Shown here: one piece after another, positions 25,347 to 39,769 of the stretch
How positions within the stretch are numbered: position 1 is the stretch's first letter
Layout of the letters: each line of letters begins with the position of its first letter
From: Dictyostelium discoideum
Taxonomy: Eukaryota
Direction: 5' to 3'
Assembly (NCBI GenBank): GCA_000004695.1
Contig: CM000152.2
Span: 5,696,001 to 5,760,000 of the forward strand
Length of the DNA: 64,000 nucleotides
Position numbers and translations under genes: made by a program
The notes under the pieces: model-generated
Databases searched by the model: none
The model's input: only the letters and a program-made list of their open reading frames with translations
Told to the model about the DNA's origin: nothing

Positions 25347-27844
25347 ATGAAATTTAATAAATTATATTTATATAAACTTGAAGGTCAAGATAAGAAATCA
25401 TCAGTATATAGTTTAATAACACATCCAGTTCCAAGTATAGTTTTAGCGTACTTTTTTATGGTTTTAGTTGTAGTATGTCCATTATATGATGAAAGTGAAC
25501 AATTGACCAAAGGAAATTTAATATATTTATTGGTATATTTACCATGTGTAACATTTTTTTGTTTTGCAGTATTCTTCCCATTGACATTTACATTTTTAAA
25601 TTTACCTAGAATTCCATTCAATGTGAAATCAACATTTCTTTACCTAACGATTTGGGTATTCTTTTTATCATTTTGTCATTTAGTTTTCATGTTAATTGGT
25701 ATATTTCCAATACCATTCGAATGGATAATCATTTCATTTGGTGTTGGTGTACCATTGGTTTATTTATTAGTTTGGTTAAGTATTTCAAAACATGTTAAAT
25801 CTGGAAAAGATACAAATCATTCAACATTAGTATCAGAAGTTTTAAATGAAAATTCAACATCACAATATGGTAATTATAGTAGTAATTCATATCGTCATAA
25901 TCTTTATCAATATGAAAAAAATGGTGCAGATATTGAATCACCACAGTTATCAACAACATCAGCAACAACAACAACTTCAAATTTAACTCCACCATCAATG
26001 ATGTTTTATAAAAAAGATAGTAGTAATAATAATAATATTATTAATACAAATACTACTACTACTACTTCTACTACTATTAATAATAGTAATAGTAATATTA
26101 ATACACCAATACAAAAAACTGAATTCATTAATGAAACTTCACAAGTTGGTATACCATTAAAAGAAATTTATTCATCAAGTCAAATTAATTCAAATCCACT
26201 TTTAATTGGTTTAAGTTTAAATGAGTCATCTCAACAACAACATCAACAACCTCAACAACAACAACAACAACAACAATTAAAACTTTCAAAAACATTATCA
26301 GAATCACCATCAAAATCAAATCCAAAATCATTATCAAATTCATTCATTCAAAATTTATGTGTAAATGATGGTGCAAATGAAAATATTGAAGAAATAATTA
26401 ATATTGATAAACATGTAAATAATAATATTAATAAAAATAATAAGTGTAATAATAATAATAATAATATATCAAGTAATAATACAAGTAGCGTAAATTTAAA
26501 TAATTTAAATACAATTGGTGATGATATTGAAGAAAATGATGGTGGTAAAAGTATTGGTAGTAGTGTTTCAGGTTCACCAAGATCATCTATTGATATTCCA
26601 TTCGATTTATCAATTGAACCTGGTGGTATAACTTCACCAAAATTAAATAGTTGTAATAATAGTAATAATAATAATAGTAATGGAAGAATCATTGAAATTC
26701 CAAAATTAAATAATAATGTAGAATTTGAAAATAAAAAAGAATCAACAAATACAACATCATTAGATGATAATTTCATTTCAGCAACAACCCCAAGAAATTA
26801 TAATTCATCAACAAATAAAAGTTTCTTTTCAAAAGATGGTTTCTTTTTTAAATGGTGGATTGTATCATCAACGATTATTTTAGGTCCATTTGGTTATGCA
26901 ATTTTTCATATTTTCCTTTTTGCTTTCTATAGTGTAACAAATAATATTTTCCAAGTTATTCTTATCGTATCTTTTCAAATCATTGTATTTATATATAAAT
27001 TAATCTTTAGATTATCATTTCATAGAATGAGAAGAAATTTACCAAATATCCCATTAAGGTATGTAAATTTAAAATAATAATAATAATAAATAATAAAAAT
27101 AATAATAATAATAATTAATCAATTAACCACCTCTCCCCTCTCCCTTCCCCCTCATTTTTATTTTTATTTTAAATATTTAGAGTATTTCAAGATGGTAGAG
27201 TTTTATTTTTATTTTGGTTAGAATTAAGTTCACATTGTTTCTTTTCTATGGTATTTCCACATGTCGGAGCATGGTATATGATTATTATTTATTTGGCGTT
27301 GGAAGCTGTGACATTGACATTACAAATATTTGTTGATACTATTGCATTTAGAAATTGGTGTATTAGAACATTTGAAAAGTTGTATGAACATTTTTATTTG
27401 ATAAAATATGAAGGTGTTTTAATGTACAATATTTTAGGTCAAAATGGTGATTTGGATAGAACAGTATCATTGGAGATCTTTTTCTTTAATACTGTTGCAA
27501 GAGCGTTATCGGGTTTCGCATATATTGTATTCTCATTAACAATTTATTATGGACCAAATCAAGAATACTACCCAACTATTAAATCATTATCAGAATTTAA
27601 TTATTTTCTAACATTATTATATGCTTTTGCTTCATTAACAACCGCTTTAATTCATATGTACATTTTTAAAAGAATACTTAAACATGTTTATAAAATTAAT
27701 TTAATTAAAAGAGGTATTCAAGTTTGGGGAAGAAAACCTGATGTTGCTTTCTTTTTCATTACAAATTGTTTCATATTGCCACTTGTTGTATTATTACAAC
27801 AAAATAATGCTGTTAGTTTTTTAATTTCAAATTTAAATAAATAA
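25347..27844 (+). CDS. Polytopic membrane protein of unknown function, join(25347..27058,27181..27844), ~791 aa
   Basis: N-terminal cluster of ~4 TM helices, a long Asn/Ser/Thr-rich low-complexity middle, and a C-terminal cluster of ~6 TM helices. Exon 1 ends AAG|GTATGT and exon 2 starts after ATATTTAG, in frame (RVFQDGRVLFLFWLELSSHCFFSMVFPHVGAWYM...). Confidence 0.7.
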
Positions 27845-28205
27845 ATAAATAAAAAAAAAAAATAAAAAAAAATATGTATTAAAAAAAAAAAAAAAAAAAA
27901 AAATTATTTTCTATTTTTAATTTATTTTTAACCCATTTCATTTTATTTCTAAAATTAGATTTTTTATTTCCTATATCATTTTTAATTTAATTTAAATTAT
28001 TTATAACCCACCCTTTAAAAAATACAATTATAGGTTTATTAATTATTTTATTATAATTTTTTAATTTATTTATTTATTTTTTTATTTGAAATTAAAAATT
28101 GTTTAAAAAAAAAAAGTGTATAAATAATTTTTTTTTTTTTCATTTTATTTTTTATTTTATTTTATTTTTATTTGTTTTTTAATAATTATAATTAATATTA
28201 TTAAT

Positions 28206-28763
28206 ATGGGAAATAATCATTCAACTTATGAAAAATTAGAAATTGGAAGTAAATGTCAATCATTGAAAGTAATTAATAATGAAAAAGTTGGTGATGTTTA
28301 TTTAGTGATGTATTCTGAAATTAAAGATGGAGAAAGTAAAAATGAAATTAATAATAAAAAACCATCAAGTTTTTTAAATGATATTCATTATACAATTGTT
28401 ATTGATGTTGCTGGTGAATCTAATGATGAGAATGGTATAATGGGATTAGAAGTTCATATTGTATTAGAAAAGAATTCTAAAAAGATTCAATTGTGTTTTG
28501 AAAGAAAATTTGGTGAAAATCAAATATACCAAGAATTATCAATGTATTTAGGTAAAATTGAAAATATTTACCACAAAGATCAACCATTGGAATGGTATTT
28601 TGGATTAAATAGAGTAATTTTAACTGAATGGTTTAATGAATTTATTGAAAATGAAAATAGAGGTGATAAATGGTCAATCTATAGTAATTGCTATACTTTT
28701 TCAAAATTTTTAATTGAAAAGTTTAAATTTAATAATATTTATCAATTGAATTGGCCTCATTAA
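28206..28763 (+). CDS. Small cytosolic protein of unknown function (185 aa) with an N-terminal myristoylation motif (MGNNHS)
   Basis: Single ORF with ATG in AT-rich context, moderately complex sequence and A-rich 3' flank. MGxxxS motif at the N-terminus. Confidence 0.5.
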   Translation: MGNNHSTYEKLEIGSKCQSLKVINNEKVGDVYLVMYSEIKDGESKNEINNKKPSSFLNDIHYTIVIDVAGESNDENGIMGLEVHIVLEKNSKKIQLCFERKFGENQIYQELSMYLGKIENIYHKDQPLEWYFGLNRVILTEWFNEFIENENRGDKWSIYSNCYTFSKFLIEKFKFNNIYQLNWPH

Positions 28764-29284
28764 TTTCTTAATTTTAATATTTTCAAATATAGAGAAAAAA
28801 ATAAAAAAAAATTAAAAAAAAAAAAAATAAATAAAAAAAAAAATAAATTAAAAAAAAAAAATGAAATATTAAAAAAATATAAAAAATAAAAGAGGTTTTA
28901 GAAAAAAAAAAATCTAAAAAAATTCCTCAAAAGGACATTCAAAAATAGATCAAAACAAAACCCTTTTATTATTTTCATTATTAATTAAAGACTTTGGAAA
29001 TTCAAAGAGAAATAAATATTAAATAAAAAAAAATAAAAAATAAAAAAAAAATAAAAAAGAATATAGTAATATTTTTTTTTTTTTTTTTATTTATTTATTA
29101 TTTTTTTTTTTTATTTTTATTATTTTTTTTTTTATTAACAATTATAAATTACCGTAATTATTATTATTATTATTATTATTATTATCAATCATTGTAATAA
29201 TCAAAATATCAAAATTACCTAAAAAAGAATTAATGTAAATAACGATATTAAAAAATAAAACAATTGTTATATTTTATTGTTTAA

Positions 29285-29324
<40 letters not shown>

Positions 29325-29466
29325 TTAAAAAAAAAATAAAAACTTTTTAAAAAATAAAAATAAAAATAAAATTTGTTAAGCGATTTATTCTTTTATTATT
29401 TTTTATTTGTTTTATTTTTTTTTGCATTATTTGTTTTTTTTTTTAATATTAATTAATTTTTTTGAT

Positions 29467-29508
<42 letters not shown>

Positions 29509-29594
29509 AGGGCAAGTTCAAATTAAATTATTTTTTTTTTTTATTTTTTATTTTTTTTTAAATTTTCATTAATGGGCGAACGAAATTTGTAGAA

Positions 29595-29650
29595 AAATAA
29601 ATACACTTTTTAAACACACCCACACACTTGGTTCGTGTAATATATAAGAC
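29595..29650. promoter_or_regulatory. Short CA-rich element (acacacccacacac...gacacccac) ~800 bp upstream of the histidine-kinase gene
   Basis: aaacacacccacacacttggttcgtgtaatatataagacacccacttatatatatacacatat in otherwise AT-rich DNA. Confidence 0.25.
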
Positions 29651-30441
29651 ACCCACTTATATATATACACATATAACATATATTAAACGATAAATATATG
29701 TAAAAAAAAAAAAATTAATGATATAATTATTTTAATAATTTTATATTGTTGTTGTTGTTGTTAATATTATTGTTGTTGTTTTGTTATCGTACATAAATTA
29801 TATGAACCCACATACACACAATTTTACTAAATTTAATGTAATAATAATAATAATAATGTTTATTATATATAAAAATTGTCATCATAATATCACATTTAAC
29901 ATTATTTTTTTATAATTTTTGTTTTGTGTTTTTTTTTTTTTTCTTTCTTATTTAATATTTTCGTTTTCCTTTATTAAAAACAAATAAAAGTATTCTCTTA
30001 AATTTTACACTTGGTATACATTTATGTAACCATATTTAATTCATATACTATCTAAAAAAAATAAAAAATAAAAAAATAAAAAAAAAAAAAAATTAAAAAA
30101 TAAAATAAATAAATTAACAAATATTAAAAAAAAAAAAAAAAAAAAACAAAACACAAAAAAAAAAAAAAAAAAAAAAACAAACAACAAATAAAAAAAAAAA
30201 TTATTTATTATATTGTTAAAACACTATTATTATTATTCATTAATTTATACTTCATTTATTTCTATTTATTAATTTATAAATATTTTAAAATTAATAATAA
30301 AAATAATAATTATTTTAATAAATAATATTAATAATAATAAAAAAAATAATAATAATTAAAAAAAAAAATAAAAAAAAAAAAAAAAAAAAAAAAAAAATAA
30401 AAATTGTACTTTTAAAATACTATTAGACATTTTTCATAACA

Positions 30442-30473
30442 ATGTCAAATTACTTGAACGCAAACTCAACAGA

Positions 30474-30520
<47 letters not shown>

Positions 30521-30822
30521 TTAATAATAATTTTAATACAACAGATTTTAAAATTGTTGGCAATTTCAATACCCCACCAATTGGGAGCAATAACAATAAT
30601 AACAATAATAATAATAGCATATCAACTCAATCTCTTCAAACGATTAATGAATGTAATAGTGGAGGAGAACAGTCACCAAAAATTAAAACCAATAATAATT
30701 CATATAATACACCAGTTTCATCATCAACGTCCACAACTGGTACGAATACAACACCAATGAAGTCTACACCAATTCATAACTCTTTACAAAATATTTTTAA
30801 AAATGCAAATAGGTCAAATTTA

Positions 30823-30898
<76 letters not shown>

Positions 30899-30927
30899 GT
30901 GGTTGTGGGAGTGGTAGTTTAAATAGT

Positions 30928-30970
<43 letters not shown>

Positions 30971-31169
30971 GTAATAATAATAATAGTAATAGTAATAGTA
31001 ATAGTAATAATAATAATAATAGTAATAGTAATAATAATAATAATAATAGTAATAGTAATGCATACCCGTTAAAATATTATCAACATCCTCAGCAATCATG
31101 TTCAAATTTGGATTCTTTTGAAAATTTATCACCATTAAGACAATCATCAACTTTATTAAATTTTAGTTC

Positions 31170-31219
<50 letters not shown>

Positions 31220-32007
31220 GTAATAATAATAGTAGTAATAATAATAATAAGAATAATAGTAGTAAAAATAAAGTAGGAGGTGGAAATAATAAAAATAATG
31301 GTGGTGATGATAGCGCTCAATTTATTTCATCTGATAATAAATATAATACTGTTGGAAATGAAACTCATCATCATCATCATCATCAACTTCATAATCATCG
31401 TCATTCAAATGTTCAAGGTAGTTCATCACCAATTAAATCATCACCAAAATTAATATCTTCACAATCTCTTGGTAATATTTTTAGTCAAATCTCACCAAAT
31501 ATAGCTTTAACAACAAATATATCACCACATGGATCACCATTTTCCTCTTCATCATCTTCAAGAAAATCATCTTCATCTCCTTCTTTTTTAAATCAAAATA
31601 ATCAAAACAATCCAAATAATCAAAATAATCAAAATAATTCAACATCTCCACATGAAAAGTCATTTTTAAATAATTCAAATGATAGTTTTGATTATAATGA
31701 TAATTCAAAAAGATTAAGAAATAGATTAACTAGAAATACAGGGTATAGTAGTACAGGTAGCATTGGAAATAGTAGCAGTAGTAGTTTTTATAATAATAAT
31801 AACGAAAATAGTAATATATATTCAAAAATTAAACATACAAGAAGTAGTAGTGGCGGTAATAAACCATCACCAAAATATTTTCAAACTTCACAAGCAATAT
31901 ATACTCCACCATATCCACAACCATATCCACAACCACCTCAACTACCACCACCATCATCATCATCATCATTATCTAAAGAAAATGATAATGTCGACAACAA
32001 CAACACC

Positions 32008-32069
<62 letters not shown>

Positions 32070-33092
32070 ATTTTTTTCATCAAAAGGTACAATGAATTTA
32101 ATTCATATATCCCTATTATCAGTATTGGCATTTTATATTTTCTTGATGGTATCAAAAAAGTTTTTATTTAGAGTATTTCAATGGAATAATAATATTAATT
32201 CATTGTTTATTTTAATATTTTCATTTCATTTCATATTCTCATCGATTTTAATGTTTTTGTTGGTGGTATTGTTAAAAATGAAGAAATACTCACATTCAAT
32301 CTCTCAATCTGCACGTGAATCCTTAAGAAATTCAAGAGTGATACCATCATTATTAAATTTCTTTTTATCAGATTATATTTTTTTGGGTTTAGTTTTATCT
32401 GGTTTGGTTAATATCCTTCAAGTTAATCTTTTCTTTAATCCAAAAGATCCACTTTTAAATTTAGATTCAATTTCTAATGTAAGTTTTATAAAAAAACTTT
32501 TATTAAATCAAAATTATTAATAATTATTAATTTTTTTTTTTTTTTTATTTAGATATCAACAGCAATTGAATTTTTAGTTGTTGGAATTGTATTAAATTTT
32601 TCACATATTCCAAAAAAAATGTATAATAGTAGATATAGCGAATTTAGAGTTTCATCATCGATCTCACCATATTTTCAAGATGAATCCTATAATGTAAATA
32701 ATATAATAAATAACGATAATAAAAATAAAATTAACGATAAAAGTGATAATAGTAATAGTATCACTAATAATAATAATATCAATAATAATATTGATAATAA
32801 TAATAATAGTAGTAGTAATACTAAAATTAATAACGATTTAAATTTTGATAATAATATTAAAAATAACGATATAAATAATAATATTACAAATAATAATAAT
32901 AACAATAACAATAATAACAATAATAACAATAATACTAATAATAATAATAATAATAATAACAATAATAGTAACAATAATAATAATAATAATAATAATAATA
33001 GTAATAAAAATAATAATACTAATAGTAATAATAATAATAATAATAGTAGTAATAATAATAATACTAATAATAATAAAATTAACGATAATAAA

Positions 33093-33160
<68 letters not shown>

Positions 33161-34463
33161 AGAAGATGATGAAGAAGAAAAGAATGATTGGTCATATTCA
33201 TTTCAAATATTTTTTACAAGAATATTTTTATGTTTATCAATTACTTATACATTGATTGTATTAAGATTAAATTATGATCCATTGAATCAATTCTTACAAC
33301 AAAGTAGTTCATTTGGATCTGGAGCTAATGGTAATAGTGGTGGTGGTAATGTAAATACAATCATTTCACCAGTACAATTTCAAGCACCATTGGCAACTTT
33401 ATTACATTTCATTCAATTGGTATTGTTATTGGTAAATTATAATCGTTTTAGAACCAATAGATTCTTTTCATTAATATTATCAACAATTTTCATAGAAGTT
33501 TCATCTTGGGAGACATTTGGTTTGAATTCTCGTTTATTTGAATCATATATTTTCGAGGCATTATTAATTCGTAGATGGATTCGTGCATGTTCTGTTGGTT
33601 TCCCAATTGTTGGTATCATTTTGGATATCTATAGTGGTTGGATGAGTATAAATCAATCGATCAAATCAATCGATCAACAAAACATTATGATTGTCAATAG
33701 ATTTAATTACCTCTGTTCAAACGTTAAGAAACAAGAGGAATTAACACAATACAACTCTCAATTCTACATTGAATCAATGAATCAATTCAAACGTTTAGTT
33801 CAAAATACAGGTTCAATCATTAGTTTAATATATGATACCGATGTTCAACCAAATCAAGAGGCTTATCTAAGTAAATTCTCAAGTTCTTATGAACAATTAA
33901 GTAAACTAACCAAGGAGTGTTTATTCTACTCGGAAATTAAACAATTGAAACGTAATGATGTAGAGAATCTATCATTTGTAGTTTCAAATCTTTTAGAGGA
34001 TTTAATTTCAACACCATCAATTAGAACTCAATTCGAAGAGAAAGAAATCGATCTCTTCTATTTAATTGATAAAGATGTACCTCTCTCATTGGTTGGTGAT
34101 TCTCAAAAGATTAAACAAATTCTATTGAAACTAATAACCAATAGTATAAAGGCAACCTATGAAGGTGAAGTTTATATTAGAGTTTCCCTCTCAAGTAATT
34201 TAGGTGTTTTAAAACAACAACCAATTCATCATCATCGTCATCATCATCGTCATCATCACCATCACCATCACCATCATCATCATCATATCATTGATGATGA
34301 TGATTATGACGACGATAATGATGATGACAATAATACTGAAGATAGTAGTAGTTGTTGTAATATTGATGAATTATCTGATAAAATTAAAGATAATCAAGAT
34401 GAAAATTTAGAATTAAAAAAATCAAATAATGATAAAATTATTGAAAATAAAGAAAATCAAGAA

Positions 34464-34530
<67 letters not shown>

Positions 34531-37223
34531 GTAATAATAATACAAATATAAATATAAATACAAATAATAATAATGATAGTAATAATAATAATTGTATTAA
34601 TAATGATTTAAAAAATAATAATAATAATAGTAATAATAATGTAAATAATAATAATAATAATATTAATGATAGTAATAATAATAATAATAGTAATAATAAT
34701 AATATTAATAATAATATTAATAATAATATTAATAATAATAATAATATTAAAAAGAAAAAAAAGAAAAATGAATTTACAGTTTATTTTTCAGTAATTGATA
34801 GTGGTTCAGGTATTGATCCTTATAGTACAAATTTATTATTTCAACCATTTTCATTATCAAGTTATAATGTAAATTCAACCAATACAGATGGTGAATTTGG
34901 TTTAGGTTTAGCAATTTGTAAACAATTATCAAATTTAATGAACGGTGAAATTAAATATGAAACAGAAATGGAGAAGGGATCAGTTTTCGAGTTACAAGTT
35001 CCAATGAAATGTGATAGTATTAGCTCAATTACTTCCTCGATGAATAGTACTACTAATACCACCAATCATTATCCAAGAATTATGAATAATCAAAGTTCAA
35101 AGTTTTTTGCAAACTCTAAATGGGGCGAAGGCTTAAAGATATTGGTTATTGATGATAATCCAAACATTGGAAAAGTGATAGCAATGCATTTGGAACCATT
35201 TGGATTTAAAGTTTTCCAAAGAACCACCTTTCAATCGGCTATTTATTTCTTTAATGAACGTAATGGTGATTTCAATCTAATTCTTTTGGACCCATTGATT
35301 CCTTCATTGGTAATCGATGAGATTAAACAAATGAAACAAGATTCTTCCAATATCATAAAGAATCCACCTTTGGTAATAATGTGTACCGCTAAACTTAGAA
35401 AATCTTTAAATGTTGATAATGTTCATTACCTCTATAAACCAATTAAAAGAGAACAATTAACTGTACTCTCTCAATTATTACCAAATACTTCAACAATTAA
35501 TCCAATTTATTCAAATCAAAATTTAAATAATAGTGGTAGTAGTAATGGTGGTGGTGGTGGTGGTGGTGGTGGTGGTGGTGGTGGTGGTGGTGGTGGCAGT
35601 GGTAGTAGCAATATTGATTTCAATAAAACTAAACTTGGTGGTTCTAATATTTCAACTGGTATTGGTAATAGTGGTTTAATTAATAGTAATAATATTCCAA
35701 CTCCAGTTAATACACCTTCAAATATTATTCCAAATTTACTTTCTTGTCAATCATTATTAACAAGTTTAAATAATGCAAATATTCCTCAATTAACAAATGA
35801 TATTGGTATAACAAATAATAATATTAATAATAATAGTTTAATGTTTACAACACCAAATTCAACACTTAGTAATAATGGTATTACAGGTTTAGATAATAAT
35901 AGTAATAATGATACTGGTAGTATTGATAATAATAGTAATATTAGTACAAATATTGATAATAATAATGATTATTTTATTAGAAATAATGGTATTCCTCCTC
36001 AAAATGATATGAATACTTATAATAATTATGTTTTAAATCATCAACAAGGTGTTCTACCAAAATCATTATCAGTACCATCCACTCCATTATCATATAATAT
36101 GTTACCAACAAATCTAAACATTAATGCAAAGAGATCTTCATTACAACCATTAAATGAAAATTCAGTTTTACCAACAAATTTAACACCTCCAATTTTATCT
36201 GCTTCACCTCAATCTTTACTTCCAATGGGTAATGATATTAATTCAATATTACCAAATACCCAACAATCACAAATAGATTTACAATCACAAATCGAATTAC
36301 AACCACTTTTACAATCAACTATAATTAGAAATGATCGTGGTGGTGATATTTTACCTGATTCAACTTTAGAAGGTCAAATAACAAATTTAAGTGGTAATAA
36401 TTCAACCATATCAATAAATCCACCATTACCAGAAACTAATAACAACACAACAACAACGACAACAACAACACAACCAAAGAAATCACCGATATTAACATCT
36501 TCAAATGGTAGTGATAAGAGTGAAGGTTCGACTGGTAGTAATAGATCAAAATCTAGAATTTCCTTTTTAAATTCAAGTAATAGTGGTTTATTAAAAAATA
36601 ATCTTGGTGAAGATATTTATTGTAAAGGTGATCAATCTGAAGGTATTCCAATACCAAAATCTGAAAGAACTTCTGATTCTTCATCTTCATCTTCTTCCTC
36701 TGATTCACATGGCCAAGATGATCATTCATATAGATTGGAAGATTTTTCAATTTCTTCACCATCTTCTCAATCACCATTACTAGATTTAAGTGGTACAAGT
36801 GGTACAAGTGGTACTACAAATCTTGCAAATAGTGGTATTAATAGTGGTAGTGGTAGTGGTGGTGGTGATATTATTAATCAAAATCAATTAATAACATCAA
36901 ATCAATTATTTCAACAACAACTACAACAGCAACAACAACCACAACAACAACAACCACCAGGAACTCCAACAATTTCACCATCATCATCATTCCCATTATT
37001 ACCAATACCAAGAGATATCATTAATAGCAGTGGTGCAAGTAGTGGTATTAAAGTTAAATCGTCAACTTCAATACCAGATTATGTACAAGTTTCACCAAGA
37101 AGATTTAGTGGTAGTAGTACAGGAAGTGGTAGTAGTGTTGCATCACCTCAATTACTTTCAACTTCAAATCAATTAAATAATAATATTAATAATCTTAACC
37201 TTAATAGTAATAATAATAACAAC

Positions 37224-37255
<32 letters not shown>

Positions 37256-37682
37256 AAATAATGATAATAATAATAATAATGATAATAATTATAATGTTAA
37301 TATTTTATTAGTTGAAGATAATTTAGTAAATGCAAAGATTGCAATGACAGTATTAAGAAAACATAATTTTAGAGTTGAACTTTCAAAGAATGGTCAACTT
37401 GCGATGGAAAGAATTAAACAAAGTCACTCATCATTCGATTTGATTTTAATGGATATTCATATGCCTGTAATGGATGGTATCACTTGTTCAAAGTTAACAC
37501 GTAAATTTGAAACTGAACATGGTCTTAAACATTTACCAATTATCGCTCTCACTGCTGATGCAACCACTGGTCATAAAAATCTTTGTCTTGAAGCTGGTTG
37601 TAATGAATTTATGTCAAAACCTTTAGATTATGCTTTATTAATTAGTTTATTAAAGAAATTAGTTTTTAATAAAGATCAATAA
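30442..37682 (+). CDS. Membrane-anchored hybrid histidine kinase-like protein with two receiver domains, join(30442..32478,32553..37682), ~2388 aa; the H-box histidine appears replaced by Asn
   Basis: Exon 1 is a poly-Asn-rich N-terminus plus 4-5 TM helices, ending AAT|GTAAGT; exon 2 starts after TTTATTTAG, in frame. HATPase_c motifs: N-box LKLITNSIKAT, G1 VIDSGSGID, F FQPFS, G2 GEFGLGLAICKQL. Dimerization/phosphotransfer region aligns (PNQEAYL vs PEQREYL; FYSEIKQL vs DFSKIEAG) but the H-box reads ESMNQFKRLV instead of xMSHELRTPL. REC1 is ILVIDDNPNIG...LILLD...TAK...YKP; REC2 is ILLVEDN...LILMDIHMPVMDG...ALTAD...SKP. A poly-His insert lies in the ATP-binding domain. Confidence 0.8.
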
Positions 37683-37727
37683 ATCATCTCATAGTAAAAA
37701 AAAAAAAAAAAAACAAAAAAAATAAAA

Positions 37728-37758
<31 letters not shown>

Positions 37759-38273
37759 CAAATAAAAAAACAAATAAATAAATAAAAAAAATATTAAAAA
37801 AAAAAAAAAAAAAAGAAATAAGATAATAATTTTTTTTATTTAATGAAATTTATTCAAGAACTTTTTATTTTTAATGAATTAAATTGTTATTAAAAAAAGT
37901 ATTAATCGAAAAATAAAAAATTACCAATAATTTTAAAAATAGATTTTAGATTTTTATTGTTTTTTTTTTTTACTTTTATTTTTTAAAAAGATTTAAATTT
38001 TGTTACAATAATTTTATTATAATACTAAATGAAGTATTAAAAGGTCTTTTTAAAATATTTAATTATTTTACAAATGCAAAAATCAAAGTTGTAAATTTTA
38101 TTATTTCATTTTTAATTTGAAAAATTAAAATTTCTTTATTTTTTTTTGGTAGTTGTCAAAAAACATCAATAAAATCATGATTAAAATTATTATCGATCTA
38201 TATAGATTTTGTCTTTTTTTATTTTTAGAAAAATTAAACAAAAATTGTATTGACATACAAAAAAAAAAAACAT

Positions 38274-38316
<43 letters not shown>

Positions 38317-39048
38317 TTTTTTTTTTTTGTTTTTTTTTTTTTTTATTATTATCTCTATCTCCACCTTTTGATTTAAATGATATTGTGTTAGGGGTGGTGC
38401 GAGTTAATGTATTTATTAAAAAAAACATAAACTTGCCTAAATACTGATATTTGTTTTTAAAAAAAAAAAAAAAATGTGTGTGAAAGAGTGAGGGAAAGAA
38501 AATAAAATATGAGGTAAGAAAAGAAAATAAAATAAAATAAAAATAAAATTAAATAAAACTAAAGGGTAATGGGTTGTGGTAATGGTTTTGGTGATTTAAG
38601 AGAATTAAATTGTTGTTTTGTTTTTTTATTTTTAAATCAAAAACTCATTATTTATCTATAAAAAAGATGGGATCGAATAATATATAATGGTATAATTATT
38701 TATTTAAAAATTATTAAATATGTTTTTTTAATTATTAAAAAAAAAAAAAAAAAAAAAAAAAAGTTCTTATAAATAGAAAAGAACATTAAAAATTTAATTA
38801 TTTAATTATTATTATTATTATTTAAAATAAAAAAAATAAAAAAATAATTAAAAAAATAAATAATAAAAATAAAATATTAATTTTCAATCTACCAATTAAA
38901 AAAAAAAAAAAAAATATATAAAAAGTTATTTTTTTTTTTTTTTTTGTATAATCAATTGTATTATTATTATTGTTATTATTATTGTCATAAATTAATATCA
39001 ATTTTAGTTTTTTTTTTTATTGATATTTTAAAAAAAAAAAAAAAAAAA

Positions 39049-39412
39049 ATGAAGTTTAATTTTTATTGTAGAATTATTTTATTATTTTCATTTGTTTTTT
39101 TATTTAAACAAATAAATTCCACAGGTGTTTTTTTAGAAGACTATCACAGATGTAGAGAACGATGTGAAATAAAAAATACCAATAATAATTTTTTAACGAG
39201 TAAATAAAATTAAAATTTTTTTTTTTTTTTTTTTTTTTCAATAATAATATTAATAATTAATTATTTTAAAAAATTAGTTACTATTAAAACTGAATATAGT
39301 TATTCAGAGGAATTTGATCAATGCAAAGAAGCTTGCCAAACTAAAAATAACAATTTATTACAAGGTAATTTCTATTTAAATTTTATTTTAATTTTAATTT
39401 TAATAATTTTAA

Positions 39413-39457
<45 letters not shown>

Positions 39458-39769
39458 AAATAATTTTTAGATATTTGTGAAAATCCATCATTTTTACATT
39501 GGAATGAACCATCAGTAGAGACCAATGCACATCTTGATTCTTTAAAAAAAAGATGTCAATATTTTTCAAATAGAATGTCTCGTATTGATTTGGACTATAT
39601 TGAAACTTTATATAAATACAAAGAACTTGTTGAAATTGATTGTACTAATATGTTATGTTATTTGGGTGGAGGAATTAATACTTTTGGTGTGAATAAATAT
39701 GGAAAACCAATTAAACCAAGAATAAGAAATTTTCCAATGGAGAATATTGAAGAAAATGATGAAAATTAA
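39049..39769 (+). CDS. Small secreted cysteine-containing protein, 3 exons: join(39049..39199,39278..39364,39471..39769), ~178 aa
   Basis: Signal peptide MKFNFYCRIILLFSFVFLFKQINS. Repeated C-x3-C units (YHRCRERCEIKN; FDQCKEACQTKNN). Donors GTAAAT and GTAATT; acceptors AATTAG and TTTTTAG; all phases consistent (1/1). Confidence 0.55.
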
